This document shows, in pieces, positions 16,486 through 35,392 of a DNA stretch of 64,000 nt. The position numbers and the translations under genes were made by a program. Position 1 is the first letter of the stretch. The number at the start of each line of letters is the position of its first letter. This DNA comes from the human T2T-CHM13v2.0 reference genome, Homo sapiens: assembly GCF_009914755.1 (NCBI RefSeq), contig NC_060931.1, one strand, 5' to 3'. The notes below the pieces were generated by a model. That model did no database searches, was not told where the DNA came from, and was given only the letters and a program-made list of their open reading frames with translations.

Positions 16486-16573
16486 ACTTCATACATATGA
16501 TACGAACTTCATACATATGATAAGATAAATTTCTTATCATATGTATGAAGAAATTGAAATTACTTCAATTTCT
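16486..16573. repeat. 17-bp direct repeat plus perfect 19-bp and 10-bp inverted repeats
   Basis: acttcatacatatgata x2; cttcatacatatgataaga / tcttatcatatgtatgaag; agaaattgaa / ttcaatttct. Confidence 0.9.
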
Positions 16574-16808
16574 CCTTTCATGGCCTTTGTGCTATTGTTG
16601 CTCTATATTTTACTGTTACATATGTCATAAATCCTAACATTACTATTTTTGTTAGACAATTATCTCTTACTGAGATTTTATTAATAATGAAACCATTCTT
16701 TTATATTTACTGATGTAATTAATATTCCTGGTGCTTTGTGTAGATCTGAATTTCCATCTGTTGTCATTTTCCTTCCTGAAGGACTTCCTTAATATTTTTT
16801 GTAGTGTG

Positions 16809-17516
16809 CATTAGTCCCCACTTATCCATAGGGACTATGATTCAAGCCCTACAGTGGATGCCTGAAATTATGGATAGTACCAACCGCATATATACGTTAT
16901 GTTTTTTCCTAGACTTACATACCTATGATAAAGTTTAAATGATAAAGTAGGTACAGTAAGAGATTAATAACAATGACATTATAAAATAGAACAATTATAA
17001 CAATGGTAATAAAAGTTACATAAAGATGTTCTTTTTCTGTCTCTTTTTAAAAGCATCTTACTATACTGTACTCACTCTTCTTTTACTTGTGATGATATGA
17101 GATGATAAAATCCCTATGTGATGAGACGAAGGGAGGTGAATGATGTAGGCATTGTGACATAGGATTAGTTTGCTATTGACCTTCTGATGATATATCAGAA
17201 GAAAGGTCATCTTCTGGTGATCCTGGATCACAGAGCCACAATGATGATGGTTAGATGTTAGGAGTACATGATGCTGATGACTATTGGGTAGGGAGTATGT
17301 ACAGTGTGGCTACATTGGACCAAGGGATGATTCACATCCTGATGAAGACAGAGCAGGACAGGGAAAGAGTTTGTCATGCTACTCAAAATAGCATGTGATT
17401 TAAAACTCATGAATTGTTTATTTCCAGAATTTTTCATTTAATACTTTTAGACTGCTGTTGACGGCAAGTAAATGAAACTGCAGAAAGCAAAACCACAGAT
17501 AAAGCGGTGACTACTG
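16809..17516 (-). mobile_element. MER44 (C-like) non-autonomous Tigger7 DNA transposon
   Basis: TIRs 'cattagtccccacttatcc' ... 'gataaagcggtgactactg' followed by TA; ~708 bp. Confidence 0.85.
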
Positions 17517-18580
17517 TAGTTACCTTGGTGATGAATTCTCTGAGCTTTTATATGTTTTTAAATGTCTTCATTTCACTTTCATTTTTGAAAGATAATGTTA
17601 TTGGTTGTGTGATTCTAGGTTGACAATTTTTTTTTTTCTTTCAGAACTTTAAAGATACTACTTTACATTGTCTTTCTATGTGTAATACAATCCCCTCTCA
17701 CCTCTGGTTGCTATAAGGATTTTCTCCTCATCAGACTTCTTTTAGTCTTCCATCTACAAAATGATTTTTTCTTTTTTTTTTTTTTAAAGTCAGGTTCCCA
17801 ACTGCTGAGAGCAAAGACAAATGTATTCTGGCTAGATCCATAGGACAGAATTTTAGACAAAAACAACTGATGTTCTTTCTTACCAGGTCTTCTTCAAGGT
17901 CCCTCTTCTAAAATCCCTGATGCTGACAGATCCCCTTCCAACAGTGTGATCATCTCTTCTTAGTTATCCTATCTCAATTTAGGTATGAAGATGTCTGATA
18001 ATATAAGAAGTGGTATGGTGTTCCCTATTTCTTTTGGATTGCTTCAAGCTTTGTTTCATCTTTTTAGTCACTTGAATTTTATCTGTGTTCTATATTCAAG
18101 ATAGCTGGTAGCGTTGATCAATAACAAAACATTGTGCAATTCTGAACACAGACTCTGCGGTTTGGGGGGAAAATGGCATTCCACTCTATTAACAGCAGGT
18201 ATGGGATGCATAGAGGAGGAGCAACTTGACAACAGGAAGTATTTTATAGGGAATTACAAACTATCTGCCTTCCAAAGAGTGTACTTGCTGTACTTCAGTT
18301 CTACAACAGGCTTAAAAGAAAGGGGAAGGGCTAGATATTTTCAAGATTTCAGTATTTTTTTTGCTTCCTCTCAAAGTATTGGGATGCTGCTCCCCTCCAC
18401 AAACACACACAACTAGTGCATCAATTCATTAAACCTAAATGTTGTGAATATCAAGCATCAAAACAGGGGAGCCAGATAATTTATTGGGTCTAATAATTTG
18501 TCCAGGCAAATTGATACAACAAAATAGGACCAAATAGGAAGGATCTGTACTGGAAACATGGCTACCAGGACTAGGTACTA

Positions 18581-19963
<1,383 letters not shown>

Positions 19964-22879
19964 AAAGAGAGGGAACCCGAAGGATGCAGATTCTGAAGGT
20001 CAGGACCTTCAAACTTTAGGAATGAGTAAATGTAGACTTTCATGCTAGAAGAAAAGCTGGCCAGGAAAGCTAGCTGAGATAGCTACTGACTAACTGAAAA
20101 CACCCTCAAGCTTAGAAATGCTGCATCCTTTCAATTGTCATTTGAGCTTTCTTAGTTTCCTTTTTGTGATGTCTTTTTTTTTTTTTGCTCTGCTTTTAAA
20201 CACTACTAATATTGCTAATTTTGTTTGATTTCTTTCTTCTTCCTTCAGGTTCCTTCCTTGAGCCATTTTCAGAACATTTGTTCATGACATTTTTCTTTAC
20301 TGGCATTGTCTATGTATGAGCTTTGATCAAACCTACTTGAAACTCTCACCTCATTAGTTGTAGATTGTTTCACACACCATTTAGCTAAGGGTGTTGTCTA
20401 GTTACTGCTGAATCCTTACAGGTTGTGATTGTATTTTTAATTTTAAGAATCCCTATTTTATTTTCTAGTCTTTTTCTCTTTCAGGACATGTCTAAAGTAG
20501 TCAAAATATCCTATTGCTTAAATCATAAATTCAGTAAAATCCATCAAAACTTTAGTTCAACCTTTGAGAATGGAGATACAGATAATGTATTTCACTCAAA
20601 TGCCAGAATAGGGCAGATGGTTTGGCATCTGAGGTCTTGACAAATCTATGGTGCTCATGACTGTTCTTGTTATGGAACCTTCTATTATTCTTACTGCTTA
20701 TAGTGTAGACTAAAATTTGGTTTCCTGTCTGAATTACCCATTGTTTTGCTTATTGTCTTTGCCGTATACATGGACTTCCTGGTACTGTCTAACTCTCCCT
20801 AATTTCCTAATAATCGGAATTTGATAACCATTGGCTATCTCAGAGAAACGTCTCCAATATATAGTAGATTGCCCTTTACTCTGGCACACAGGTTTGGAGT
20901 GTCGTACTAAAGGACCACTGGAAAAAATATGGAAACAATATGAATTTGGATTGCCAATGTAAAAGAAGGTTTGGCAAATCACTACAGTATGAAATGAAAT
21001 GAGCCACAGACTGGAAAGTTGACTAACAAGTAGGTCCAAACCTATGAGGGGCAACAAGCCTGGAAAAATTGCCAAAAACCAAATGCAAAGAGTGTGGCAC
21101 CTGTTCCCCCATTTCTTGGGGCCAGTATTTTAAATGTTCTGTCTAAGCTGGCTGGTCATTCAACTTCAGCTTATTATATAATTGGTATATGCTTAATGGA
21201 TTGTCCTATATTTTCTATATACTAATGGTTCAGCACATTTGGAAAACAACTTACTAGACTAGCCTCAAATTTTTTCAATAATTATTGCCAGTAATACTGT
21301 TTCCATTTCTTCTTAAACATAAATCATTTATTCAACAAATATTTCCCAAGGGTTTTCTATCTGCCAGAAAATCTACCAAGTACCAGGGACACATTTCTGA
21401 GTAAAATAAACATAGAATATTCTCTGCTGAATGTTATAGTCTTATGAATAAATATTATCATCAAAAATATTAAGAAAGCCATATGTGATAGATCTATATA
21501 TATAAAATCCTAGCTCTGTCTATACAAGCCAAACAAATAGTTGTAATCATTATTAAAACTAAAATTTGACAGATTTATAAAATTAAATGATTGTTCAAGC
21601 AAAAATGTAACCAAAACTGGCCAATGATGACATGTGAATATACACATTCCACCCCTGCCCATTCGATCTTCAATTTAATCTCAAGCATCATTAAGTGTTA
21701 GTTGTGTCCAGAGCCTCTCAGTTGATTGGTGTACTCATGATTTGATTAGTAGAACTTTTAGTATTCAGTTAAGCTCTAGTGAAGGTGAGGTGAAATTATG
21801 GACATAGGACTTTTTTCTCTTCAAAAAAATAACCTGAAAATTAAAATCATTCACTGGATTAGGCTATATTCTAGAAGATTTCTGTTTTAGGCTTGAAAGT
21901 TAACTTTTACGTTAATAGAAAACATACAGAGAAACTCCATTTTAATGACCATGAGAAATATATTTACAGTCTAATTCAGTAAACTGGATGCTCATATGCT
22001 CTGCTTATTAATCCATTAAAAAGAAGGAATTATAAATCAAAGAACATTTTGCTATGTATTAAAGACAAAGTAGATTTTTAATTAGCTTAATAAATAGGGG
22101 GCTTGTGGCCAAAATTTTTGAGAAGTGCATAAAATCCTGGACTGTGAAAATTTGGAAATAGCCTATTACCACCATGTTATAGACTTATTTTATTTTGAGA
22201 GGTTGGGAATAAGGAAACTGGTTTTATATTCTAACTTTTACACTAGGCACTTATTCAGGCTTTGCTAAATTCTCCTTAGAGAAAGGACTCATAAAAGTCT
22301 AGATTAGACAGACTTTCTATATGCTCACATAATATCTAAAGTTTACTTTTACTATAGCCTTTACCAATCTGTGTGTTTATTGCCCCTTCATTTGCATTGC
22401 AAAGTCTTCATTAGCCAGGCATTGTGACATCAATTTTATCTTTGTGAGTTATCCTAATGTACTATCAAGATTGAATAAATATTATAATCCCCCTTTATGC
22501 ATTTTCTTCCTGTATGCATTGGAATTTCTATTCATTTGATTTTTCACTTCATGCAAGTCTTTATTTATTTATTGGCCTGAATACTTTGGGCTGTCATTAC
22601 ATTCTGTACCTATTGGCCATCTATTTCAATATTCTTCTCCCTAAAACCCTAAACTTCCATACTGTATGCCAAAGCTAGAGTCAATTGCAATCCTAGGTTA
22701 CTTACATTATTTACTTTCTCCTCTTGTTCCAGAGAAACAGGAAAAATTATGCAAATATATCTAGAACTCTGCTCTGCTTTATATCAAACAAGATACCGAT
22801 TTAATTGCCATTGAACACCTTCACTTGGAATTCATTTATAGGCCCCTTGATATTACATCTAATGCTAAGTTAATTTCTA

Positions 22880-23632
22880 TTCCTAAAAAATTACCTCCTT
22901 TTCCATCTGCATCTAGTTAATTACCGAATCTAGTTGATCAATTCATGTTCATTGAAGCCATATGACTCTTCTTCTCATCTTCAAGTCCAGTTGCTAACTA
23001 AATTATGATAGTTGTATATCTCAAACATCTTAATATCTGCCCCTCTTTTTACAATCATTTATTCCATCCAGATTATTATTATCTCTTGTTGGGTTGTTAT
23101 ACAAATATCCTAACTAGTCTTACTGTTTTTTGTCTATCCACAATAACCCAACTGTACTGGGTACTGATGAGTTTACCTTTCTAAAATACAAATTAGTTTC
23201 CTTCAATATTTTGCTCTATTTAAAAGCCACTGATAATAATTCACTGCTGATAGAATAACATTAAAGTTTATTAGTATATATCATCTTCCCTTTATAACCT
23301 GCCTCTACTTAATTTTCTAGCTACATTTGGCTTAGTCTAATATCTTCCCCTGTGTACATTTTAATTATATTGAAATCCCTACTGTTCCGTGAAGTTTCCA
23401 CTCTTCTGTGAACCTGCATGCCACTTTGCCTTTTATCATGCTAACTCTTCTGATTTTCCCCTCAACTTTACCTGCCAGGACAATACCTATTTATTCTTAA
23501 AGCTCTAGCACGTGCTCCTCCTCCCACCAATTTTCCCTAATTTCCCCCGTTAGAATTAATTCCTTCTTTACTCATATTTTCATAACATTTACTTAAATTA
23601 TAAAATACATAATATTCTATCACTTTTATTAT
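22880..23632 (+). mobile_element. L2 remnant; its 3' tail probably resumes at ~36105
   Basis: 'cctaactagtct', 'ttttctaaaatacaaat', 'cctatttattcttaaagctc', 'ttagaattaattccttc'. Confidence 0.6.
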
Positions 23633-23635
23633 CAC

Positions 23636-25165
23636 ATTTTTATTAAGGTAAAATTTGCATTCAGTAATCTGACCAGATCAATGTGTATATTCAGTGAGTT
23701 TTGACAAATGCACCCCTGTGAAACTGGCTCTCCACTCAAAATGTAAAATATTTTTATAACCCAGAAAGTTCCCTTGTGCCCTCTTCTAGTGAAATCTGAT
23801 CTCATCTCATAGGGATAGATACACTTTTATTTCTCTTGCAGTAAGTTACTTTTTTCCCATATTGGGATTTTACACAAATGGAATAATAAAGTACTTTTTT
23901 CATTTTTTTCATTCAACATAATTTTTTTTGAGATAAATCTATGTGACTGCATGTATAAGTATTTTACTTGCCTATTTTCCTATTGATGAACATATGGATT
24001 GTTTCTAGTTTTTGGTCCTTATGAATAAATATGCTAGAACATTTTCTATAGGGCCATTTATGGACATACATTTTCATTTTTCTTGTGAAAATATGTAGGA
24101 GTGCAGTTGTTGGATCATAGGGGTGGTGAATTTATCAGTCACGGTTCAATCAGAGAAGCCAGACCATAGAAGTAATCTACAATAAAGTATTTTCTACAGG
24201 AATTTGACCCTACACAACTTTGAAAACTGAAAGTAGTTTCAGTGATGCTATAGCTCATACTTCATCTGATTTTGGGGCCTGAAGTCAGCAGGGCAGGAAG
24301 TTGGGAAGGGAAGATGAATAAGAAGTGAAGGTGGTATGAAAGGGATCAAGAACAAAAGAGAGCCTGCAAGTATAAGCAAAAACCGATGAGGGCAGACTGG
24401 AATCTAAGCTTCCACATTTGATGCTGGCGATGACCTGCCATAAACCCGGTGTCTTTCATTAGCAATTAACATACACCTGGTTCAAGAGTCAGATCATATA
24501 AAGGATCAGATCTATTGGATGAGATCAACTGGAGGAGCTACTGGCTTGGTTGCTCCACCAAAGCAACAAGTCAAACCATCAGATAAATGGCAGCATGTGT
24601 GTGCTGCTATAATGCCTGGTGCATCAACATCCTGAATATAAAAATAATATGGCTACTGCTTCATTAGTGCTTTCAAATCTTCCATAAAATGTTCTGTTTT
24701 TCCACACTAATCTGGTACTATGCAGAAAATTGATCAATATTCATTTTGGGATCAAATCTAAAGGATTGTACCTATGCATGTGTTTGTATGCATCTCATTT
24801 TATTTAAAAGGGAGACTTCCAAAACACATTTTTTTATAATGAAACATACATAAACATTTAAATGTAATTCACTACTTATTTATTTAGTAACTGTTTACCT
24901 GAGAAGTGAACGTTATTGTTCCAGATCATTGTCAACCTTTGGTATCAGTCTTTATAATTTTAGCCCTCCAAATTGCTGGAAGTACTAGCTATTTCACTGC
25001 AATCCTTTGATAGCTAAAGATGTTGAACACCTTTTAATAAGCTGCTGGTCATTCACATATCTTCTTTTGGGGTGTTGGTGTGTGTCAATGTGTTCAATTT
25101 GTAAACTGAATTGTTTCTCTTTGTATTATTGCTCTGTGATTATTTATATATTTGTCAGATACCTG
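23636..25165 (-). mobile_element. L1ME/L1MB8-type 3' region, interrupted by an old LTR
   Basis: 'gagttttgacaaatg', 'cccagaaagttcccttgtgccc', 'gctaaagatgttgaacacctttt'. Confidence 0.7.
24130..24740 (-). mobile_element. Ancient LTR remnant (LTR78/LTR79/MLT2-like)
   Basis: 'tcagtcacggttcaatcagagaagccagacca' and 'aagtcagcagggcaggaagttgggaagg'. Confidence 0.45.
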
Positions 25166-28100
25166 TGTCAAGATGGTCAACTGGAAGTTCCTAAGAGTCT
25201 TCCCTCCAACAAATAAACACCAAACAATGCATCAACAACTACATTTTTACCAAAATAACTAAAGGAGAACATCAGGGAAGAGCAAAGAAGCAGCAGAAAT
25301 CCCGTAGAGCTCAAAAACCCAGGATGGCTGCGTAGAGAAGGAAAGGAAACATCTCATCTTTGTCATACCATCCCCCAGTTGAGATCATCTCAGAGCCAGG
25401 AGAGACTTCTCGCTGTGGAGAAAAGATAATAAGAGGACCCAGCAACTATCATCAACACCAGAGACACCTGCAGTCCTCACTACTGAGACTCCTGCAGTCC
25501 TCACAACCTGTGAGCCCAGCTGAGGAAGCTCCTGGCATCCACACACTGAGCTACCCACAGAGAAGGAGCCAATGATGAGCCCCACTCCACTGTGGCCCAT
25601 GCTGCTACTGCTCTACACCATCTTAGAACAGCATTGTGTCCTGTTTTGGGGGTGAGTAGCCATTGCATCCCTTCATCCCTGAGGCTCAGCCACCATTATG
25701 CCAATTCCAGCTGGTAGCACACCATCCTTGAGCAGAACTGTTTCGATGCCCTACCCACTAGGGCCAAACTACCACAGAGCTGCTCCACCCACCTCATCCA
25801 AATTGCTGGTGTACTTGCTCCTTAGGGCCAAGCTGAAATGGTACCCTGCCCCCTGGGAAGCCAAAGCTTTAAACTACCAGAGCAGTCCCTCTCCCAGCGA
25901 CACAGCTGAAGTAGTGCTGTGCCTCCCAAGGACCTAAGGCCTACTGCACACCACAGCAGTTGCCCTGACACTTGCACCACAGGTAAGGAAGAACCCCAAC
26001 ACCAAAGGGCTCTGAGGCTCTGGCACATTGGAGTAGTTGCACCTCCCAGAACCACAACTGACACAGCACTCCACTACTCAGGAGCCAGAGACTCCACTGA
26101 ATCATGTAGCCCCACTTCTGGAGCTGAGAAGATGCAGTGTCTTGTGTCCCAGGAAATCATAGCTTTGGCTGAGCTGTAGCACCCCATCCTCCAGGCCAAA
26201 CATTCACGGAACTCTGCCTATCTGGAACTGAACTAGGCTTCTTCATTCTGAGATGCTGATCCACCCTGTCTCTCTAGGAAGTGAAGTTTGTGCTACACTT
26301 CTCCCTGACTCCCGGGGCCCAGAAGAATCTTACCATTCCTGGGCCCTTGCTCCTGCTGCATCTGATCTCACAAAGCCTGAACTACTGGCTTGTTCTACCA
26401 TTCAGGGTCCAGAGTCACTATTGCGTGGCACCTCATCACCTGGAGCCTGAGCTGCCACTGTGCCGTATTGCTGTCAGGTCCTAAATTGCAGATGTGTCTT
26501 ATTTCCATGGCCTGAGCCTCCAGAAGACCCCTTCTTCCCTGAAGCCATGCCAGTGCTGTGCTCTTTTCTCCACAGTCAGAACCACAGCTGCACCCCAACC
26601 CCTAGGGCCTGAGCTACTGGAATATGCATCAGAGCAACAGACCCCAAATAAGTGGGAGAGTTATCTCCAAGGCAATTCATGCCTTGGAGAGTGAACTCAC
26701 ACCTCAAGTCCCAGGTATTACAGTAGTTTTGCAAGATCCTGAGCCCAGGAACATGGTTTTGCAGCTGTTCTGAGCACCTGTGCCCTGGATCCTCCACTGT
26801 GGCTGCCTGTGATCCATGTAAGCCTCAACACCAGGAGAAATCCCATGAGCTAAAACTTTCCACTCTGAGAAAGACAAGAACAGGAGGAACCCTTAAGTTC
26901 TTGTCCTTATAACCTATGCAATCGCTGCCACAAACTCCTCCAGCCTAGAACACCAAGCCTCCACAGTTATTGCTAACATTGGTCACAAGTGAGTAAGTTG
27001 CATGAAGGCTTCACCACCATATCCACACAGAACAAGAGCCACTACATCCTGCCCAATCAGCAACCTCAAACCCATCTGTAAGTGGAATTCTTCTACTGAG
27101 ATAGCTGCTGTGTAAAGTTTAGAAGAGGTGACTGCCCTACCAAATGCACAGACATCAATACATCAATACGGAGACACAAAAAGCATGAAGAAAAACAAGA
27201 AAACATGACACTACCTAAGAAATATAATGATTATCCAGTAAATGATCCCAAAGAAATAAAAATTTACAAGTTGCCTAAAAAGGAATTCAAAATAATAACC
27301 TTAAGGATAGTCAATGAGATATAAAAGAATGCAAATATGCAATTCAATGAAATCAGGAAAACAATATAGGATCTAAATGAGAAACTCAACAAAGATATTA
27401 TTAAAAGAGAACAAAACAGAAATCTTGGAGCTGAATAATTCAATCAATGAAATAAAAATATACATTTGAGAACTTCAACAGTAGACTAGTTTGACCTGAA
27501 TAAAGAATCTGTGAACTTGAGGATTGGTGTTATGAAATGAGTCAGGGAAGAAAAAAAGAAGGAAAAAAAGAGGGAAGACAGCCTAAGGAACTTATGGGAC
27601 ATCACTAAACAAACAAATATTTATATTATGAGAGGTCAAGAAGGCAGAAAGAGAAAGGGACAAAAAGCTTACTTTTATATTTTTATTTTTTTAATAGACA
27701 AATAATAATTGGACATATTCATGAAGTACATCTTGATGTTTCAAGAAATACAATGTACAGTGATCAGATCAGGGTAATCAGCATATCCATCATCTCAAAA
27801 ATTTATCATTTCTTTGTGTTGGGAACATTCAATTTCCTCCTTCTAGCTATTTGAAACTATATTGTTTCAATACACTATATTCAAAACATAATAGTATTGT
27901 TGACTATAGTTATCCTATAGTGGTTTAGAACACTAGAATTTATTCCTCCTATCTATCTGTGATTTTGTATTCTTTAATCTCTTAATAAAATAATTGCTGA
28001 AAACTTTCCAAGACTTGGTAGAAGTACAGACATCAAGATTCATGAGGCTCAAAGTTCCAAACAGGTTCATCCCAAAGAGGTCCTCCCTGAGGTATATTAT

Positions 28101-29025
28101 AATCAAATTGTCAACAGTCAAAGACAAATAGATAATTTTTTAAGCAGTAAAATGGCAAGGCTTAGAGACTGGAGGAAAAAAAACAGCAAGAGAAAACTGT
28201 CAAGTCACTTACTGACATTGATTGAGGATTGAGATACTATAGTCAAAGTGCTGCTTAAAAAAATGTCTGCCAAGAATACTATTACCAGCAAAGCCATTAT
28301 TTAGAAATGAAAAAAAAAAAGTCTTTCAGAGGCAAGCAAAAGCTGAGGAAATTCATTACCACTAGGCCCTCCTTATAAGAAATGCCAAAAGGGTTCTTAT
28401 AGCATAAACAAAAGGATGATAATTACTATCATGAATGCATATGAAGGTATAAAACTCACTGGTAGCAGTAAACGCATACTCAAATCCAGAATACTATAAT
28501 ACTATAATGAAGGTGTGTAAATCATACACATATCTAGCATGAGGGTTAAAAGTCAAAATGATCAAAAATGACTAAAGCTACAGTAAGTTATTAAGGAATA
28601 CACATTATAAAAATACTTAAATTGTATCAAAAACATAAGTTGTGACTGGGGGGGAATAAGAGTCTAGAGTGTTTGTACATGACAGAAAAATTCTAATCTG
28701 CTTAAAATAGTAAAATATAACTATAAAATGCTTTATATATGTCTCATGATAACCACAAAACAAAAAAACTGCAGAAGATATGAAACTGATTTTTTTTTTA
28801 AAAAGGAACCAATGCCTAGCATTAGAGAAAATTATTAAATCACTAAAGGTAGGCAACAAGAGAAGAAGAAAGGAACAAAGGAGCTACAAAACAACCAGAC
28901 AACAAATAACAAATGTCTAGTAAGTCAAACAAATAACTAGTAAGTCAATATGCAATATCAATAGCAAACTTAAATTTAAATTGATTAAATTATCCAGTCA
29001 AAAGACATAGAGTGGCTGAATGAAT
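25166..29025 (+). mobile_element. Old L1MA-class element, 5' part (GC-rich 5'UTR, decayed ORF1, start of ORF2)
   Basis: 'caagatgg' start; C-rich UTR at 25.2-27.1 kb; ORF1-like 'aaggaattcaaaata' and 'ccagcaaagcc'; EN start 'ccagtcaaaagacatagagtggctgaatg'. Confidence 0.8.
27672..27978 (-). mobile_element. L1MA3/4-like 3' fragment inserted in the old ORF1
   Basis: 'tgatcagatcagggtaatcagcatatccatcatctcaaa' and 'gaacactagaatttattcctcctatct'. Confidence 0.8.
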
Positions 29026-29040
29026 AAAAATTTAGATCCA

Positions 29041-29946
29041 GAGGGAGGAGCCAAGATGGCCGAATAGGAACAGCTCCGGTCTACAGCTCCCAGCGTGAGC
29101 GCCACAGAAGACGGGTGATTTCTGCATTTCCATCTGAGGTACCAGGTTCATCTCACTAGGGAGAGCCAGACAGTGGGCGCAGGTCAGTGGGTGCCTGCAC
29201 CGTGCACAAGCGGAAGTAGGGCGAGGCATTGCCTCACTTGGGAAGCGCAAGGGGTCAGGGAGTTCCCTTTCTGAGTCAAAGAAAGGGGTGATGGACGGCA
29301 CCTGGAAAATCGGGTCATTCCCACCCGAATACTGCGCTTTTCCTACAGGCTTAAAAAATGGCGCACCAGGAGATTATATCCCGCACCTGGCTCGGAGGGT
29401 CCTACGCCCACGGAGTCTCACTGATTGCTAGCACAGCAGTCTGAGATCAAACTGCAAGGTGGCAGCGAGGCTGGGGGAGGGGCTCCCGCCATTGCCCAGG
29501 CTTGATTAGGTAAACAAAGCAGCCGGGAAGCTTGAACTGGGCGGAGCCCACCACAGCTCAAGGAGGCCTGCCTGCCTCTGTAGGCTCCACCTCTGGGGGC
29601 AGGGCACAGACAAACAAAAAGACAGCAGTAACCTCTGCAGACTTAAATGTCCCTGTCTGACAGCTTTGAAGAGAGCAGTGGTTCTCCCACCATGCAGCTG
29701 GAGATCTGAGAACGGGCAGACTGCCTCCTCAAGTGGGTCCCTGACCCCTGACCCCCGAGCAGCCTAACTGGGAGGCACCCCCAGCAGGGGCACACTGACA
29801 CCTCACACAGCAGGGTATTCCAACAGACCTGCAGCTGAGGGTCCTGTCTGTTAGAAGGAAAACTAACAAACAGAAAGGACATCCACACCAAAACCCCATC
29901 TGTACATCACCATCATCAAAGACCAAAAGTAGATAAAACCACAAAG
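29041..29946 (+). promoter_or_regulatory. L1 5'UTR with internal sense and antisense promoters; YY1 site at 29052-29061
   Basis: CAAGATGGCC intact; CpG-rich with partial CpG decay. Confidence 0.85.
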
Positions 29947-30963
29947 ATGGGGAAAAAACAGAACAGAAAAACTGGAAACTCTAAAACGCAGAGTGCCTCT
30001 CCTCCTCCAAAGGAAAGCAGTTCCTCACCAGCAACGGAACAAAGCCAGATGGAGAATGACTTTGACGAGCTGAGAGAAGAAGGCTTCAGAGGATCAAATT
30101 ACTCTGAGCTATGGGAGGACATTCAAACCAAAGGCAAAGAAGTTGAAAACTTTGAAAAAAATTTAGAAGAATGTATAACTAGAATAACCAATACAGAGAA
30201 GTGCTTAAAGGAGCTGATGGAGCTGAAAACCAAGGCTCAAGAACTACGTGAAGAATGCAGAAGCCTCAGGAGCCGATGCGATCAACTGGAAGAAAGGGTA
30301 TCAGCAATGGAAGACGAAATGAATGAAATGAAGCGAGAAGGGAAGTTTAGAGAAAAAAGAATAAAAAGAAATGAGCAAAGCCTCCAAGAAATATGGGACT
30401 ATGTGAAAAGACCAAATCTACGTCTGATTGGTGTACCTGAAAGTGATGGGGAGAATGGAACCAAGTTGGAAAACACTGTGCAGGATATTATCCAGGAGAA
30501 CTTCCCCAATCTAGCAAGGCAGGCCAACGTTCAGATTCAGGAAATACAGAAAACGCCACAAAGATACTCCTCGAGAAGAGCAACTCCAAGACACATAATT
30601 GTCAGATTCACCAAAGTTGAAATGAAGGAAAAAATGTTAAGGGCAGCCAGAGAGAAAGGTCGGGTTACCCTCAAAGGGAAGCCCATCAGACTAACAGCGG
30701 ATCTCTTGGCAGAAATCCTACAAGCCAGAAGAGAGTGGGGGCCAATATTCAACATTCTTAAAGAAAAGAATTTTCAACCCAGAATTTCATATCCAGCCAA
30801 ACTAAGCTTCATAAGTGAAGGAGAAATAAAATATTTTACAGACAAGCAAATGCTGAGAGATTTTGTCACCACCAGGCCTGCCCTAAAAGAGCTCCTGAAG
30901 GAAGCACTAAACATGGAAAGGAACAACCAGTACCAGCCGGTGCAAAATCATGCCAAAATGTAA
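29947..30963 (+). CDS. ORF1: LINE-1 ORF1p, intact 338 aa
   Basis: MGKKQNRK...NHAKM; REKG, ARR and YPAKLS motifs and all four S/T-P sites present. Confidence 0.95.
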   Translation: MGKKQNRKTGNSKTQSASPPPKESSSSPATEQSQMENDFDELREEGFRGSNYSELWEDIQTKGKEVENFEKNLEECITRITNTEKCLKELMELKTKAQELREECRSLRSRCDQLEERVSAMEDEMNEMKREGKFREKRIKRNEQSLQEIWDYVKRPNLRLIGVPESDGENGTKLENTVQDIIQENFPNLARQANVQIQEIQKTPQRYSSRRATPRHIIVRFTKVEMKEKMLRAAREKGRVTLKGKPIRLTADLLAEILQARREWGPIFNILKEKNFQPRISYPAKLSFISEGEIKYFTDKQMLRDFVTTRPALKELLKEALNMERNNQYQPVQNHAKM

Positions 30964-30999
30964 AGACCATCCAGACTAGGAAGAAACTGCATCAGCTAA

Positions 31000-35168
<4,169 letters not shown>

Positions 35169-35392
35169 CCAATGAGATCACATGGACATAGGAAGGGGAA
35201 TATCACACTCTGGGGACTGTTGTGGGGTGGGGGGAAGGGGAGGGATAGCATTGGGAGATATACCTAATGCTAGATGACGAGTTAGTGGGTGCAGCACACC
35301 AGCATGGCACATGTATGCATATGTAACTAACCTGCACAATGTGCACATGTACCCTAAAACTTAAAGTATAATAAAAAAAAAATTTAGATCCA

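Noticed and set aside
25360-26797. Cluster of GC-rich ORFs resembling a gene or promoter
   Set aside because: 5'UTR of an old L1MA; overlapping ORFs on both strands reflect GC content, and CpG is depleted
29418-29492. Antisense L1 ORF0
   Set aside because: The ATG is present at 29492, but CpG decay (CGA>TGA) stops it after 24 aa
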